In this document: in pieces, positions 36,601 through 45,939 of the stretch | Layout: the number at the start of each line of letters is the position of its first letter | Numbering within the stretch: the stretch's first letter is position 1 | DNA from: Camelus ferus | Taxonomy: Eukaryota | Direction: 5' to 3' | DNA length: 64,000 nucleotides | Assembly (NCBI RefSeq): GCF_009834535.1 | Contig: NC_045714.1 | Coordinates: 33,914,001-33,978,000 of the forward strand | Position numbers and translations under genes: made by a program | The notes under the pieces: generated by a model | Told to the model about the DNA's origin: nothing | Seen by the model: only the letters and a program-made list of their open reading frames with translations | The model's database searches: none

Positions 36601-39105
36601 TGGCCTGGCCTTTTCCAGGTCACAGCGAGTAGTGAATGGAGGTTTAGCTGAAGTCTGCCCATTAGGGGTCCCAAAGGTCCTGGGGGGGGTCACGTGAGGC
36701 GCTGGCAGGTTCGGTGTCAGTCTCTGCTGCTACTGCAGAATCCGGCTGCCCAGGTGTCCCCAACCCCTGGCCCCTGCCCTTCTCCCAGCCTCAGAATCTC
36801 CCAAGGAGAAGTTGTTTCAGGAAACAGGCCTACGTTGGCTCCAAGAACACAGGTTGGTGACTTCACCCGCATCTTTTTAGAATTTCCCTTTGGCAGCATT
36901 TGTGCTGAAGGCAATCTTTAGAAACTTCTTTCCCTGCCTGCCCCCATCAAGATAATTCACATGACCAGCCCCCTCCAAACAGGGATCATGTGAAACCATA
37001 GCAATCATGTGACACCTCCCAGGCTGACAGTTCTGCCTGAGACACTAGCAGTCACTCAATCCAAAGCTGCCTTCCTAAGCCTGACATTTGAGTTTCTCAC
37101 TCAAACAAATCTATTTTCTTAGAAAACTGGACAACCTCCTTCTTCCACCTTCCTGCCTCCTGTCCTGCCTCTCTCCTGCTTTGTCATAAATTCCATACCC
37201 AGAGCCATAAGAGAAAGGCCTGAAGCCCCATCCTTCAATCAAACCAGGTGAATTCCATGCCAGGGCCGAGAGTGACCAGGACCCCATAGGACAGAGTGAA
37301 GGATCCTGGGAGCCCTGAGCTCTGGCGGTGACACCCCTTCCCCACCACTCTNNNNNNNNNNNNNNNNNNNNNNNNNNNNNNNNNNNNNNNNNNNNNNNNN
37401 NNNNNNNNNNNNNNNNNNNNNNNNNNNNNNNNNNNNNNNNNNNNNNNNNNNNNNNNNNNNNNNNNNNNNNNNNNNNNNNNNNNACCATTTTATAGATTGT
37501 TTTTATAGGCAAAAGGGGGAGAATTTGCTCACGAAATGGGTGTTGGTGCTCCTGGGCAGCCGTGGGAAAGGCAGCTGCCCATCTGAACACTCGTTAATCA
37601 GCGTCACCCTTCATTTGCCAGGGACGGAAGCACAGGGTCCTGGTTGGAGAGGGGTCTGGAATAGACATTTAGAAATTAACTTGGGCCCAGTTCCCTGCTC
37701 CAGGAAAATTTAACACTTGTGAGAGCCCCTCGTGCATTTCCAGGCCAGGAAGGACGGCAGCGCAGGGCAGGGACTGGGACTTTTGCTGGGTGTACTGGCT
37801 GGCTCAGGCAGGAAGGAGTAGATTGGAGATGCCACTGACTCACCAGACAGACATGAAATTTATCAGTGCTTCCTCCTGCCCAGCAAGGACCCAACTGTAA
37901 CTGAAAGACCCAGGGATGGGGTGGGGGAGTGCCTGTGTAGATTCCGGGGGTTCACGGGAAACTGCGGGGCAGAGAGAAGCTGCTGTCCACCCCCACTTCT
38001 CCCTCCACCCACTCTTTGCTAGTTCTCCCTTTCTCACTGCTATCAGATGGTTACCAGTCTCTAGGCAAATGCAGAGGGAGGGGGGGAGGTGGATACTGAG
38101 CTCATCTTTACCTCGCTCCTCAAGGGAGGGAGGTGCAGAGACCCCTCTGCCGACAACACAGCTTCAAGGAGCCAACAAACAAGATCCCCATTCTCCCCTG
38201 CCACCAAGTCCTTTAACCCCCCACACCCTCCCAGGAGACTCAGGATTCTACAAAATCCCTTTAAGAAGCAGGGCTCCTGAATAGTGACCTCACCCCTTGG
38301 CGAACACACGGTAGCCTTCAGAGCCCGCCTGCTGGAGACAGCCAGGTGTTTGATGTAGGCCAACAAAAAGACTTGCTCAGAGCCACAGGTAACAGCCCCT
38401 CAGAGCACCTGAACTGCAGGGAGCTGCCGGGAAGCCTGGGGAAGGCAGGAGGAAGGGGGAGGGGGCCAGAGCAGCAGGGGGCACGACCATCTGATGAAAG
38501 GCTTGGGCAAGCTGGGAGACAATCCGCCGTGTGTTTTCACATCAGGATCTGTTGATCGCAGCAGCTCACCCCAGGGTTACCGCGGCCTCCCTGCCTCTCT
38601 CTCCCCTAGACTAACACTGTTTTACTCTGCACACAAGAGGGAGAGCTCACTCTTCCCTAATTGCAACAGCCGGCTTCTGTTCCTTCCCAGACACTACTGG
38701 AAGGACCTCTGCCCCCTTCTCTCAGACCCTGAAGTCAAACATATGGAAAACATAAGTCTAGGGAGAGAGCTTCTAGAGAAGCCAGGGGCACCCTTCTCTG
38801 AAAGCCGTTGACAGCCTGCCTCCCCCATCAGATTGGACAGGGACTGGCGAACCAACTCATCTGGGTACATCGCAGTGCCCAGCGCTGTGCCGCACAGTCC
38901 GACTCGAGAAAGACTGGGTTCCGTCTTCCATCCTTGGCTGTGTGACCTTGGGCAAGTCTCTGACCCTCTCTGGGCCTCAGTTTCCGCATCTGTAACCCTG
39001 GTTACGGCTGGACATTAGCCGAGTGGCTCCCAGGGGCGGTCTGAGAGGCCTGAGCCCGCAATCTGGGAACAGCAGCGGTGGGGGGTAGGGGTGCTTACCT
39101 GTCCA
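1349..39105 (-). CDS. SIRPA: SIRPA, partial multi-exon CDS: join(complement(39099..39105 [continues into gap], 19901..20254, 13621..13941, 12717..13043, 10846..10956, 7797..7821, 1349..1388)). Start codon is in the N gap; last (ITIM) exon is outside the window.
   Basis: The exons join in frame to [15 protein letters not shown]...(IgV)...AKPSPP...(IgC1)...VPPTLEV...(IgC1)...[59 protein letters not shown]. The V-C1-C1 layout, uncharged TM and cytoplasmic [15 protein letters not shown] are diagnostic of SIRP-alpha rather than SIRP-beta/gamma. Confidence 0.96.
3350..3997 (+). mobile_element. LINE-2 3' fragment
   Basis: CTCAGGGTCTTGGC...CATTCACCACTGGA... ending in GAATGTTTGTTGAATAAATGAGTGAATGA, the typical L2 tail. 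Confidence 0.7.
4783..4948 (+). mobile_element. MER5A-type hAT-Charlie DNA transposon
   Basis: Termini GGTTCTCAAA...TTTGAGAACC; internal GCAGCATCAGCACCACCTGAGAACTTG and TTTTAACAAGCCCTCCAGGGGATTCTG. Confidence 0.8.
6660..6860. mobile_element. Possible TcMar-Tigger (MER46C-like) fragment
   Basis: CTGAAATCCACAAAGCTCT...CATTTGGTTGCAAAACCTGACCTGAA...GCTATTTACAGTTTGTATTTAT resembles the family as I recall it; not aligned. Confidence 0.4.
7797..7821 (-). CDS. SIRPA: SIRPA 25-nt cytoplasmic exon (AKGSTSSTR)
   Basis: tgtttcttttctctttcag|CCAAGGGCTCCACTTCTTCTACAAG|gtaagg. Not in the ORF track; found by reading the sequence. Confidence 0.95.
10310..10400 (-). mobile_element. MIR 3' fragment
   Basis: AACATTTATTGAGCACTTGCTGTATGCCAAGCACT is the reverse complement of the MIR tail. 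Confidence 0.7.
10846..10956 (-). CDS. SIRPA: SIRPA transmembrane exon, 111 nt
   Basis: Acceptor ttttgtgtggtcctag|AC, donor AAG|gtaagt. Encodes [37 protein letters not shown]. No charged residue in the helix, so inhibitory type. Confidence 0.96.
12040..12330 (+). mobile_element. Old L1 (L1M-type) ORF2 3' fragment
   Basis: GAGACACCAACTAC...GAAAAAGAAGAGAGATAACACC...GAGAAAATGACACCCT...CACTTTGG...CAGGATGTTTAGTGCAGCCTTG follows the order of the L1 ORF2 3' consensus motifs. Confidence 0.55.
12717..13043 (-). CDS. SIRPA: SIRPA second IgC1 domain exon, 327 nt, phase 1-1
   Basis: Acceptor ctgtgctgtttcag|TT, donor CTG|gtgagg. Translation [27 protein letters not shown]...LSWVENGN...[12 protein letters not shown]...[10 protein letters not shown]. 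Confidence 0.97.
13621..13941 (-). CDS. SIRPA: SIRPA first IgC1 domain exon, 321 nt, phase 1-1
   Basis: Acceptor ctccttttgtag|CC, donor GAG|gtagat. Translation [10 protein letters not shown]...[23 protein letters not shown]...[27 protein letters not shown]. Confidence 0.97.
14031..14207 (-). mobile_element. tRNA-derived SINE (camelid Vic-1 type) with 17-bp target-site duplication
   Basis: Minus strand GGGGAGCGTATAGCTTAGTGGTAGAGCGCATGCTTAGCATGCATGAGGTCCTGGGTTCAATCC has A and B boxes and an A-rich tail. TSD TAAGAACGTT(C/T)ACATAT at 14014-14030 and 14208-14224. Confidence 0.9.
15067..15168 (+). mobile_element. tRNA-derived SINE (Vic-1 type)
   Basis: GGGAGAGGGCTATAGCTCAGTGGCAGAGC...GAGGTCCTGGATTCAATCCCCAGTGCCTCC followed by an A-rich tail. 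Contains a small internal duplication (CGGTGTGTA CGGTGTGCA). Confidence 0.85.
18380..18720 (+). mobile_element. Old L1 (L1M-type) fragment
   Basis: AATTAAAATGCACAC...TGACCCAGCAATGCCACTT...CACTGAAGCGCTGTTTTAATAGC...GGAAACAA resembles the L1 ORF2 3' end. Confidence 0.6.
19901..20254 (-). CDS. SIRPA: SIRPA IgV (CD47-binding) domain exon, 354 nt, phase 1-1
   Basis: Acceptor tgtgtttccctccag|GA, donor GTG|gtgagt. Translation [23 protein letters not shown]...WFRG...[13 protein letters not shown]...GPGTRLTVS has the canonical IgV Cys-Trp-Cys. Confidence 0.97.
21615..21665. repeat. (CA)n microsatellite, ~25 units with one interruption
   Basis: Read directly from the sequence. Confidence 0.95.
22613..22745 (-). 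mobile_element. tRNA-derived SINE (Vic-1 type)
   Basis: Reverse complement GGGGGAGGGTGTAGCCAGTGGTAGAGCATGTGCTTAGC...GAGGTCCTGGGTTCACTCCCCAG with AAATAAATAAACCTAAATACCTCCC tail. Confidence 0.85.
23560..24660 (+). mobile_element. Degraded old L1 3' fragments (AT-rich block)
   Basis: CACACGCTGCTGGTGAGAGTGGGAAC...GGAAAGCAGTGTGGCA...AAATTGGAAATATCCTA...CCATGATGG; A-rich plus strand. Confidence 0.55.
25940..26560. repeat. Degenerate TG/GC alternating low-complexity tract including (GT)10 at 26353-26372
   Basis: About 600 bp of GTGTG/GCAC/ATGTG-type words. Confidence 0.7.
27434..27581 (+). repeat. Copy 1 of a ~148-bp local direct duplication
   Basis: Aligns by eye to 29573-29720 with ~20 substitutions and 1 indel (~86% identity). 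Confidence 0.9.
27940..28640 (+). mobile_element. LINE-2 fragment
   Basis: CAGCCAGAGGAGCCTCTAAAACCTAAGCCAG...CTCAGGGCCTTTGCACTGGC...CAGTGCCTGGCATTTGTTAAAT. Confidence 0.7.
29573..29720 (+). repeat. Copy 2 of a ~148-bp local direct duplication (CpG-retaining)
   Basis: Shares e.g. GCGCACACATTTTCCCAGCTGAGAT and GACATTTGCCAAGGTTTC with copy 1. Confidence 0.9.
30750..31400 (-). mobile_element. LINE-2 fragment
   Basis: CATTCAACCAATATGCATT...CCAGGCTGTGTGCTAAG...GCAAGTGCAAAGGCCCTGAGGTGGG...GGTAAGGAGTCTGATTTTATTCT...GAGCAG. Confidence 0.75.
32553..33360 (+). mobile_element. 5'-truncated LINE-1 (ORF2 C-terminus, 3' UTR, polyA), interrupted by an N gap
   Basis: Translation [51 protein letters not shown] is the L1 ORF2 C-terminal region. 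Followed by a cetartiodactyl-type 3' UTR and a polyA tail at ~33347-33359. Confidence 0.93.
32764..32951. other. Assembly gap (188 N) inside the L1
   Basis: Run of N. Confidence 1.
37352..37483. other. Assembly gap (132 N)
   Basis: Run of N. Confidence 1.
39099..39105 (-). CDS. SIRPA: Visible 3' end of the SIRPA signal-peptide exon (TGG ACA G|gtaagc)
   Basis: The minus strand reads TGGACAG|GTAAGCAC directly beside the N gap, giving W-T-G with a phase-1 donor that matches the phase-1 acceptor of the IgV exon. It resembles the SIRPA leader end (AWT/S-G) as I recall it. Confidence 0.85.
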
Positions 39106-39277
39106 NNNNNNNNNNNNNNNNNNNNNNNNNNNNNNNNNNNNNNNNNNNNNNNNNNNNNNNNNNNNNNNNNNNNNNNNNNNNNNNNNNNNNNNNNNNNNNN
39201 NNNNNNNNNNNNNNNNNNNNNNNNNNNNNNNNNNNNNNNNNNNNNNNNNNNNNNNNNNNNNNNNNNNNNNNNNNNNN
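39106..39277. other. Assembly gap (172 N) covering the SIRPA start codon and most of the leader exon
   Basis: Run of N between the visible donor end of the leader exon and the CpG island. Confidence 1.
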
Positions 39278-40400
39278 CCACCTCCCCTCCCGGCCGGGCT
39301 TCCCCCCATCCCCGGAACGGGCGCCCGGAGCCGCTTAGGAGGCGCCGTCAGCGCCGCGATTTTCGGAGGAACCCCTCCCCCCTCCAGAGAGCTCGAGAGA
39401 CAGAGAGGGGGAGAGACCCCAAGCGCGCGAGAAACGAAGCCAGGGACGGCCCGAGAGAGGCGGCGGGAGAGGGAAACAGACCCAAGGGAGCCAGGCAGAG
39501 AGCCAGAGACACAGAGAGGGGAGAGAAGGAGAAAGCGAGGGAGAGAGAGAAAGAGCGCGGAGTGAGCGAGGCGGCGCGCAGATCGAGACAGACAGCGCGG
39601 GAGAGGGGAGGACCGCGAGGGCAGGGCGAGGGGCAGCGGCGCCGGGCCGCCCCCGCCGCTGCCCACCTGCCCCGCCCGGGCTCCTCGCGGCGCCGCGGAT
39701 CGCCTCCTCCGGCCCGCAGTCCGGGTCGCAGCTCGCGCCCTCCTTCCCCTCCCCCTCCTCCCTCCCGCCGCGCGGGAGGCTGCGGGGCTCGGGCCCCGCC
39801 GGCACCTCCGCGGAGCGCCTGCCGGCTGCGCGCCCAGGGGAGGGAGGGAGCGAGGGCGGCGCGCGCGGCCCCGGCACCCCTGGCACCCGCGGCCGGGCCC
39901 TGGCTGCGGCCCCCGCCGCCGGCGCCCCGCTCGGCTCGGGACTGGACGAGCCTCGGCTCCAACAATGTGCCAGTTCAGAAGCCCGCGCGGCTGCCCCCCG
40001 CCCCGAACCGCCGCCCCCCGCTCTCCCCCTCCCTCGGCCGGCCGGGCTCGGACCTGCGCCGCCTGCGAGGGCTGCCAGACGGTGGAAGCGCCGCCGGGGG
40101 CTGCCCAGAGGCCGGGCCCCTCGCTCCACTTTGCGCAAACTTGTTTTTCTAAGGTCGGCGCCGCGAGCTGGCTACATCGTCCTCTTAAGGTGGACTGGGG
40201 AAGTTGCGGCCGGCCTCCCCCCGGCCTCCGGACTCTGGCCGCGGCCAGTCCCCGCTTCCCGCCGCAGGAGGCTGGAGGCAGCGAATGAGGGGGAAGTGGA
40301 GGAGGGAGGCTGTGTGCCTTTCGCCCCTCCCCAGCGGCCCTGCCCCTGTTCCCCAAAGCTGAAGGCCCCTCTGGGGTGGGTGAGGGCCAGGGGGGCCGAT
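39278..40400. promoter_or_regulatory. CpG island / SIRPA promoter region
   Basis: Very GC-rich, with dense unmutated CpG (e.g. GCGGCGCGCGCGGCC) against a CpG-depleted background. Spans the 5' exons of SIRPA. Confidence 0.92.
40054..40390 (-). other. SIRPA: SIRPA upstream non-coding (5' UTR) exon; 5' end approximate
   Basis: Minus strand ...CAACTTCCCCAGTCCACCTTAAGAGGACGATGTAGCCAGCTCG...CTTAGAAAAACAAGTTTGCGCAAAGTGGAGC...GGCGGCGCAG|gtccga closely matches the human SIRPA 5' UTR as I recall it, and ends in a GT donor at 40053. Confidence 0.75.
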
Positions 40401-40443
40401 TATCTCAGAGCTGGGCCGAGGTAAAGGAAAAGCAGGAAGTAAA
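40130..40443. promoter_or_regulatory. Myeloid-type TF motif cluster: C/EBP palindrome TTTGCGCAAA (40130-40139) and ETS/PU.1 cores GGGGAAGT (40197-40204), GGGGAAGTG (40290-40298), GCAGGAAGT (40432-40440)
   Basis: Motifs read directly from the sequence. C/EBP and PU.1 are established myeloid regulators; binding here is inferred. Confidence 0.55.
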
Positions 40444-41249
40444 TGAATGTAGGGGGAAGGGGAGAGGAAGGAGAGAGTGATGGTACAAAAATAGCGTGTG
40501 TGTAGGAAGGACTTCAGTACCGCCTGGAAAAGAGGCGCAGGGAGGAGAGGGAGCGACTAGGGGGGCTGTGGCCAGGAAACCGGAGGGGAAGGGTCTGGGC
40601 CTCCCTGGGGAGGTGGGCGCTCTCGCTCTCTCTTTCTCTTTTTTGGCCAAGTGCCTCTCTGTCAAGGATGGCTGATTCAGAGGTGGGGAAGGCCCAGGCT
40701 GGGGTGTGGGGCGGAGGGGGGGGTGACTTGCCTGCCTGGGCTTCAGGAAGATGACAGGCGGTGAGGAAGGTGAGGGGATGGGAGGAGAGCAAGGACAAGA
40801 GGCCTGGAGGCAGGACAGAGCCTCAGTCTCTCTTCTTCTAGAGGGAAAGCTGTGTTCCCAACAGCAGCCAGATCAGGCATAAGGGGTGGGAATGCTCTGG
40901 TCAGAGGCCCAAAGAAGCTTCCAGCCTGTGGGAGGGAAAGGAGTCCAAGACCCTCTGCTAATTGGAAATAAGCAATGACCAATTTGGCTTCAAAAAGCCA
41001 TCAAGACATATGAAAGAAGCAAGGTGGGAGAAGGGCCGGTCCTATAAATCCAGCAGGAATTGAGGCGCAGAGAAAGAGTGAGCTTGCCTAAGGCCACACA
41101 GCAAGGCCTGGAGTAGAAACAGGATTTTAATTCCTGGTTCCCAGGCTAAAGATCTTTGCAAAGTGACCCCCACCCCACCCTATCTCAGCCTCCCTGTCAC
41201 ATGCCTGGTGCTGATATTGTGCAAGGAGGCAGGTAGGGTGCCACCATGG

Positions 41250-41468
41250 ACCTGAGTCCAGGTTTGAATCCTGCCAGCCACTTCTTGTGAGCTGTGTAGA
41301 CTTGAGAAAATACCTCCTCATTTTTGTGCTTCAGTTTGCTCATCTGAAATGAGACTAACTGGAGTGTGAACCTAAAAAGTTTGGGGTGAGGATTAGATGA
41401 ATTAATATTTGTACAACACTTTGAAAAGCACCTAGCATGTACCAAGAGCCAGAGACATTTGATAAATG
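41250..41468 (+). mobile_element. MIR, near full length (one of many MIR copies in the window)
   Basis: GGTTTGAATCCTGCC...AGCTGTGTAGACTTGAG...CTTCAGTTTGCTCATCTGAAATG...GAGGATTAGATGA...AGCACCTAGCA. Confidence 0.8.
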
Positions 41469-41519
41469 AGTCAAATCTTTGACAGCAGTCCTTGGGAACC
41501 CAAAGGGTTCTGGGCAGTA

Positions 41520-42040
41520 TTTGAGTACAAGAGGATTTTCTTTTCTTTGGGTGCGGGAGATATAGCAGTGACGCACACAATGTCCCTGTCCACAAGGAAT
41601 TTACATTCTAATGAGGAGACAGGTAAATAGCCAAGCAGCAGTAATTAATGAACAAGCAGGTTGAGCTTACAGAGCAAGAAGTGTGCCTTCATTTAGATAA
41701 GGGGAAGGCCTCCCAAGAAGCTGGGAGCTGAATCAAGGTGAGAATTTGGGGATTTGCTGTTCTAGGAGGAGGGGACAGCACATACAAAGGCCCAGGGGCC
41801 AGCTTGGCTGGAGGGGAACCAGTGAAGAGTGGTCCAGCTGGGTGGCCTTGCAGACCTTGGTAAAGCGCCCACATTCATTCTGCAGCGAAGAAATAATTGG
41901 AGGGTGTTAAGCAGGGGAGCTCCGTGGTCTAATTTATGTGCTTAAAAGGCCACACTGCTGTGAGTGGAGAGTGGGCGGGAGGGAGGGGAGCCTGGAATCG
42001 GGGCACCACTGAGGAGGTTGTACCAGGGTCCTCCTAGTGT
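41520..42040 (-). mobile_element. LINE-2 fragment
   Basis: GTCCCTGTCCACAAGGAATTTACATTCTAAT...CAAAGGCCCAGGGG...GGAGGGTGTTAAGCAGGGGAG. Confidence 0.65.
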
Positions 42041-42250
42041 CTGAGGTGAGGGTAAGGAGTCTCCCACTGTTCAGGCCACATCTAGCTGAGACCATGAAGG
42101 TGACCAGGGGTTCCTAGGAAAACCCATCTCCCGAATACATCTGGGGTGGGAGTAGGGGCTGGGGTTGCTGCTGAAGCTCAGAGATGAGGCGGCCTCCTGG
42201 CCTGGGCTTCCAGAAGGCGGGGCCATTCACCGTTCCCCAGGACGGATGGA

Positions 42251-42251
<1 letters not shown>

Positions 42252-42282
<31 letters not shown>
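42252..42282. repeat. (AC)15 microsatellite
   Basis: Read directly from the sequence. Confidence 0.95.
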
Positions 42283-42285
<3 letters not shown>

Positions 42286-44673
42286 CTGCCTGGGATTAGG
42301 AAACTGCGGATTAGGGGAGGATAATAATGGAACCGGCTGCTATTTATATATAGCACTTTCGGCCAAGGCGCCCAGCCAGGCTTCCCAACACCCTCACCTC
42401 CACCCCAGGAGGGGGCCGTGGGCCTCGTTCTCCTGACCCAGTGTCCGCATTAAAGTCATGCTTGGCTGACTTGGGAGGTCACTGAGACCAATGGGCAGCT
42501 GGTTATGCTGAGGTTGGGGGACAATTTGCCTGAGGTCACACAGGCAGATTATGGCAGGTAACTGAGGTGAATCAACCACCTCCATAGGCGGCATCCTGGG
42601 CTGCCCTGGACTCATATCAAAGCCTCCATACCTATCCCAGCCATTCATGCACTTGTGCATCATTATAAAGCATCTACTGTGTGCTGGGCACTGTGCTGGT
42701 CACTGGGGATGCAGCAGTCGGAAAAAACAGACAAAAACGCTGCCCCAGGGAACTGACATTCTAGTGAAGGCAAACTAAGTCAGTATGTAGAATAGTCTGT
42801 CATCGGATGGGAATAGGCTATGGGGTAAATAAAGCAGGGAAGGGGCCCAGGGCTGATGGAGGGGCGGCTCCATCCAGGCATTGGTCCTCGAATCTTTGTT
42901 ACTCTCTGGTGTAACCTGTCAGCACATCCCCCGGCTGGACCGTCCCTCCACATCCAGAACCAAAGCACTCCACAGCCCCTCTCCTGCCTGGGTCTGAGCC
43001 TCCACCATCTCCCAACTGGGCATCCTCTTCCCAGCCTTGTCTATTCTCCACTCAGCAGCCAGAGGGACCCTTTGAAAGAAGTCAGACCTCATCCCTCCCC
43101 TGTTGTCCAGAGTCTTGGCTGGAAAGAAGACTTGAGTGAGTGTGAGGCTGGGAGGATTAGAGCCTTGAAGCCAAGAGAGCCGATTTGATTTACGTGACTT
43201 GGGGAAAAAATATTTTTTATGAGCCTCAGTCTCTTCACCTGTGGAATAGGAATAGCAAGATCTACCCTGATCAGGGGGTCGGTGGTGGCACAGATGTGAA
43301 AGCAACCGTGGTGGGAGCACATCTGGAGTTTGCCACCACAGGTGGGGAGATGGCGCCCCTGGTTGTCCCAGGCCCCTCTCCAGGGATCATCTCGTCCAAG
43401 CCTCAGTAACTCCACTGTGTCCCCAGAGGTGAGAAAATAAACCTAAGGACAGAAGGCGACTGGACCAGGGTCACCCTGCCAGGGCATGCCAGGACCTGCA
43501 GGGACGCAGCTCTGCAGGCGCCAGCCCTGCCCTCTCGGCTCCTCACTTCCCGTCACCCGGGCTGGGCTGGCGTCAGCAGGCAGGCCCGCCAGCTGCCTTT
43601 GTGTGGGGCCTTTCAGGAGGCCGGAGCTGCCAACGACCTATTTTCCTGGGCAAGAGGAACCATTTGGAGTTGGAGGCCTCAGCTGTGGAGCCAAACAATA
43701 AAAATAAAAACAGCAAGGACTCCTGGGCAGCCTGGACCAGGGAACCCGCGGGCCAGGAGAGGAGCTGCTGCCGGGCTGGAGAGAAGCGGGGTGGGGGCCA
43801 GAGGAGGGCGGTCCTCACTGTGCCCTGCCCCGGTCCCTGACCCGCAGGTGGGTCACCTCCAGGGCTCATGCAGCCATTGCATAGCTCCAGAAACTGATGT
43901 TCAGAGGGATGAGCTGACTTACCCGGGACACGGGACACACAGCTGGTGAGTGGCTGAGCCAGTTCAGATTCAAACTCAGTTCTCCAAATAATAGCAGTTT
44001 GCATTTGCTCTGCATTGACTGTGCTTTACAAGCGTGTTTTGTGCCGTATTTATACCACACCCAGGAGGGGTACTAGTAATTCCTCTAAGCTGCCTTAGAG
44101 GGGTCTCTGCTCACAGGTCACCTTGCCAGACCTCCTGGTTAAAGTCGTCACCTCACCCCACCCCAGTGCGCTCAGTCTCCTTCCCTGCTTTCTCTCATCT
44201 TCATCCTGTGCATCCCGACCTGCCAGGCTGTGTGTCTTCACTGCATTTTGTCCATCTCCTTAACTAGCTACAGGCTGGCCTAGCCCCGTGGCCCAGTGCC
44301 TGGCCCTGGGAGCACATCCTCTGGCTCCAACCCCAGTGCTGCTCTCAGGCCAGCCGTGGGGCAAGTTCCTCTGCCCATCCGTGTCTCGCTTGCCCAGATT
44401 CAGGGATAGCTAGAACCAGACCTGGAAGGTCCTTGTAAAGGTTCAATGAGTTAATCTGGGAAAAGATGTTGGCTGTTGCAGTCCCAGGGCCTTAACAGTA
44501 AACAGTAGGTTATTAATAAATATGTTTTTAATTTCAGAAGCGACCTGCCCAAGATCACACAGTAAGACATTGGCAGAGCCTGGATTTGAAGACAGGTTTC
44601 TCTGGGGCTGCACCTCCATGCAGCCACCTCCATGGAGCCTCCACCTCCCCGCCACAGCTGCCCAGAGATCAGA

Positions 44674-44859
44674 GCTGTGGTTCTCCAGCTGAGCAGATAC
44701 CATCACCTGGACAGAGTGTTAAAACACAGATCCCAGGGCTCCACCCCCAGATTTTCAGATTCAGTAGATCTTGGGTAAGATCTGAGAATTTGCATTTCTA
44801 ACAAAACCCCAGGTAAGGCTGGTGATGCTGGTCCGGGGACCACACTTTGAGAAGCCCTG
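44674..44859 (-). mobile_element. MER5A-type DNA transposon
   Basis: GTGGTTCTCC...TTAAAACACAGAT...GAATTTGCATTTCTAACAA...GATGCTGGTCCGGGGACCACACTTTGAGAA. Confidence 0.8.
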
Positions 44860-45939
44860 AATAGACTGCTGGGATTGTTTCGTGCGCCCAATCTCAACTT
44901 GGGATTGGCCAGCCTGTAGTCTGACTATCTTTCTGTTTTCTGTCCCCCCTACCCAGGAGAAAGCAGAGGGGGCAGGAGCAGTGGTTCAGAGGCTGCAGCT
45001 AGTGCCCCAAAGCTGAGGGGCTGTGACAGGTCACAGAACCAGGGCCTGGGGAGCCACACTGTAATCAGTGCTTTCCAGGGGAAGTCAGTGACTAAGCAAC
45101 TTGGCAGGCAGGCAGGCAGGCAGCTCGCCTGAGCTCATCAGGGGTGGGACCGCGCTGTTAGGCCCTAAACACTGTTCTCAGGCTCTGGGGATCTGGCTCT
45201 GTCTGGAGCTGAACCCAGCTGTGCAGAGCCCAGCCTCCCCCGACACCTCTGGGTGGGGGTCCCTTGCAGGGTGGCGATGCAAGGGTGGCATCAGGACAGA
45301 GTTGATTGCCTCAGCTTGCACTGGGGGACCTGAGGTCAAGTGCTGACTCTGCCCTGTGATAACGCTAATCATAGCTTAAATGTAGAACTGCTTACGGTAG
45401 GCTTGAAGGATTCCAGCGGGTTCTCTCATGTTCCACACTCTGATTCTCTTATGTGGACATAATTCTTATCCCCATTTCATAGATAAGAAAACTGAGGCAC
45501 AGCAAGTGTAAGGGGCTTGTGTGAAAGCATGCAGCTTGTGAGTTGCAGAGTTAGGCTTTGAATCCAAGAGTTCTCATTCCCCTAACCTCCAAACCTCGGC
45601 ATGTTCTGACTTCTCCTTTGCTGTGAGCCTGGAGGCCCCACTAGGTCTCCATCACCACCCAGGGGCTTTTTGACTTCCAGACCCCTCTGTGATGCTGAGG
45701 ACGGGGTCTGCTGATGTGTTTCAGGCATGAAAATATCTAGTGAGTGAAATAACGACTGAGCAGATGAGTCCAACTCTTTCCAGTTGTGATGGGACAATAC
45801 CGTTGAGTGGCTGAGAGGTGCGATTTCAACTCCAGGCTCTGTCCCTCACTAGCTGTGTGATCTTAGCTGGGTCTCAGCCTCAGTTTTCTCATCTGGAAAT
45901 AGGTTGAGGGCAGGATTAATGGATAAAAGGGGAGTGAGG

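Noticed and set aside
38977-40356. Long ORFs of 459, 353, 267 and 205 aa across the CpG island
   Set aside because: Stop-poor artefacts of extreme GC content, some bridged by Ns; low-complexity Arg/Gly/Pro/Ala translations with no recognisable domain.
42320-42375. TATA/MEF2-like CTATTTATATATAG
   Set aside because: The surrounding ATAATAATGG...ATTTATATATAGCACTTT resembles an ancient MIR/L3-type tail, which explains the motif.
43602-43617. 16-nt exact match (TGTGGGGCCTTTCAGG) to the IgV exon sense strand
   Set aside because: No similarity on either flank and no Ig-like reading frame; treated as coincidence.
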